Of a stretch of 55,525 bases of DNA, positions 52,351-55,525 are shown piece after piece; positions within the stretch are counted from its first letter, which is position 1, and each line of letters starts with the position of its first letter. The position numbers and the translations under genes were made by a program. The DNA lies in NCBI GenBank assembly GCA_001938485.1, contig MQRK01233039.1, positions 20,464 through 75,988 on the forward strand. The letters are read 5' to 3'. Below the pieces are notes generated by a model. It had not been told where the DNA came from and did no database searches. It saw only the letters and a list, made by a program, of their open reading frames with translations. Source of the stretch: Girardia tigrina. Its lineage: Eukaryota.

Positions 52351-54649
52351 GCCCAATTTTTAAAAATAGAAATGCTGAAAAATAGACAAAAAATATTTTT
52401 CTAAAATTAGTTTACAAAATTAATATGGATTTATTGTGTTTGAGGAAGAGGAGACCAAATATATTATTGAAAACTTTGCTGATAAACACTTTTTTATTTT
52501 TTTAAATTGAGCAATGTAATGTAAATCGTAAAGATTTTATTTATTATATTTTAATTTGTATCTTTTTTAGATCAAAATACATTAATGAATAAAATATATT
52601 TCAATAAAATTTTTAACATTCCGATTTTTTTTCATTTATTATAATTAAAATATTATTTATATTGATAGAATAATTACTTCTTTTTTTCTTCAACAATTTT
52701 TAATTAATTATTTTTGTTTTTTTTATTTCAAGAATTTCAATGGTAAAAAATCTGTTCAGAATTGTGAACATATATTTAAAAAAATAAATAATCATTGGAA
52801 CAGTTTTAAAAAATATCATTTGAGATAATTTTTATTGAAAAAAAACAAATTTCGTTCAAAGCAAAGTCTAATAATATCATTTTTCTTGTAATTTTAATCT
52901 CTTACACGACTGTTTTTTCCGAATAATCTTGAAATTTTCTTTTGTAGTTTTACATTCATTTATCAATGCAATTAAACGTGAAATGTAAGTGAAAAAGATT
53001 TATTGTCAGAATATATTTTCTTATTAAACTCTTTGTTGTCAATTAAAAAAACAGATATTAATCCACGATTTTATCAGTTATTCTTTTCAATGCATTTGAC
53101 AAATATCATCATTTACCGTTCATCTATTTAGATTTTTTCTTTTTTTTGAAATTGTGAATCGTTTTCTATTCTTTTAATTTTGGTTTATTATCCTACATTT
53201 TCCTATTAAAAAAGGAAAATATTGTCTATTCGAAAAAAAACGAAAAAAAATTTTCATTTATCGAGGAATATTAGTAATAAATACTGAAAAATAACAATCC
53301 ATTGATTAACTAGTACAAAAATAAGAAATATATAAATAAGAAAAATATAAAAAAGAAAATTTTTAAAAAGACGAACTTTTTTAATAAATAATTTAATTTT
53401 AAAATCAAAAAAAAACGAAGACAAAACATCATTTTGTTAAATAGAGTTTTTTTAAATAAATAAATAATTAATGTGAAAATTATTTCTATTTTAAAATAAT
53501 TTCATCAATGATTCAATTTGTTTTTATTAATAAAAAAATTAATCTTCAATTAAAATGTTAGTTCTTTCATTTGCATTTTTCATGGTGTTTGAGACAGTTT
53601 TCTTTAAAAATATCAGCATTTTTTGTTTTAATAAATTAACTAAGATTAGGCATTAATTTTTAGAATATTTAATTATAATCATAATTAACAAAGTAAAAAA
53701 TTCAGAAGTATTTTTTTTCAATAAAAAAAAGGAAAAGAAATTAATTTTATTTATGTATTCTTTCGTCTTATTTCTTTTACTTTTATTTTATTGAGAATAT
53801 TTAATACAAAATCGATTTTTGTGTTTGTCGAATTCATAAGAGACTGTTATTCAATGTATTTTAATTAATTAAATAAATAATAAATAATCGCAGTGGTAGA
53901 ATACTACATGAAGGATTATATTATTTTAATCATTTTTATTTTCTATTAAAAAAACCAATGAAATGATACAATATGGTTTTGTTTAATTTTAAATGAAAAA
54001 TTCTTTAAAAAAATTTATTGTCAGAAGAAAATCGGTGTTCATTTTACGATTTCAGACATATTTTCCTATTCAGTTAAAATTCAGACGTTTTGAGACCACT
54101 CAATTTGGAAAGTTTTGTTTTTTCTTTCGAAAATGAAACTCAAAACTAATAATTAAAATAATCTGTATTTATAATATAATTTATTTGGTGTTTTAAATAA
54201 AAAAGTAAACTTTTTAGATGCATAAAAATTATTTTTTCTTGTGTTTTTTTTGCAATGGAAACATTTGTGAAAATTTTGTGAAAACTTTCTGAACAGGAAA
54301 TATATTTAAACAAAATTGTTGAAAATTAATCAAAGTCTGGGGTCTCTTTTAACTCTTGGAATCTTTGTAAAAATAAAAAAAAAGTTATATTACAGACCAA
54401 ACTAAATGTTATGATTTGAAACTAAATAATATTTTACAAATATATAAATAAAAGTAATAAATAATAGACAATAGACAATTTTCTTTTATTTATATTTTGA
54501 AAAATAATAATTTTATATTTTATGTAACTTATATGATTGTTCCCGCTTTTTTAAAAATTTGAATAAAAGTTTTATAAAAGTTAATAAAAAAAAGTTAAGT
54601 TTTTTTAAAGTTATTAAAAAAATACAATAACTTAATCAATTATATAATT

Positions 54650-55330
54650 TTTAACATTGTTCTGGATCTGCTCATATTTCTCGACCAAATAATTTCACCA
54701 GAAATCGTCTGGTCTGATGTCGAAGACATTATTGCGCAAGGTTTCGAGATTATCCTGATTGTCAGGAGTAAATGATGATAATTTGTTAGCACGATATCCG
54801 AGATCTTGGGGATGACTTTGACACGATCACTTGGTCTAGTTCATCCTGTCTATTTTGCTGTTAAGTCCCATTTCCTCAGCACAAAAGGTTCTTATCGATC
54901 GTGTTGTTCCATTTCAGAAATTTAATATGGAATACAGCTTACCAAGTTTACCAAAACCTGGATAATATACTTTTTTGGGTCGACCTTGCTTCCGAAACGA
55001 TTCTACACAAAAGCCACTGTTTATTGCTGTGCGAGGATCGATTACGGATGTGATGTTGAGCAGTAATTTGAAGCCGAATATCTTTCTGCTGATTGTTAAG
55101 TTTATGAGGAATTTAAGCACATAATTTTCGAAGGAATCTCATGGACTGAAGATTGCGGGCGTATTGTTGAGCTTAAAATTGCAATTTTTAAATTTAGCGT
55201 ATCAATTATGTTCAGTTTCGGAGCCAAAAGTACTCTCCGTACAAATGTCTCGAGTTGAATAATTTTTCTTATTGTTGTTGTTAAAATTCTTTTTTTATTG
55301 TTATAGTATACTACTGGACAAAATATTTGC
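54650..55330 (-). pseudogene. Highly decayed mariner transposase
   Basis: Minus-strand SDIVLTNYHH and NLETLRNNVFDIRPDDFW*..LVEKYEQI resemble a mariner C-terminus. Confidence 0.65.
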
Positions 55331-55412
55331 AATTACATTTTGGTGCATTTTTAAAAGTTTTAGGTAAACTAATTCTTTTTTAAACTAAAGTCAACCTATT
55401 GATGTATTATAA

Positions 55413-55525
55413 TATTAGGTTGTTCGATATGAAACGGGTCAAAATTAAAGTAAAATGTAAATCGATTTTTTTAAATAATAACATTTTATTTTTAATCAAA
55501 ATATCCCCCCATGTTGTCAACACAC
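55413..55525 (-). mobile_element. 3' end of another mariner running off the window edge
   Basis: TIR-like tattaggttgttcgatatgaaacggg; minus strand reads CVDNMGGYFD*, typical mariner terminal residues. Confidence 0.7.

Overview
AT-rich eukaryotic (most likely animal/invertebrate) genomic DNA with N-masked gaps. One host gene is reconstructable on the + strand: a divergent Nuclear Factor I (NFI/CTF, MH1-fold) transcription factor. Its four phase-compatible exons (4422-4743, 23462-23530, 23576-23876, 30957-32037) total 1773 nt = 590 codons + stop; the 5' exons were not found and probably lie upstream of the window. Its zinc-binding segment (HTCDQELCVRPQH) has His-Cys box/His-Me endonuclease spacing rather than canonical NFI spacing. 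Introns and the downstream region are packed with mostly decayed transposons: Ty3/Gypsy LTR elements, two Penelope-like element (PLE) families carrying five minimal type I hammerhead ribozyme motifs, Tc1, several mariners, Tigger/pogo elements, and hAT-, piggyBac- and mariner-type MITEs. There is also a 204-bp palindrome. All calls were made by eye from motifs; no database searches were run.
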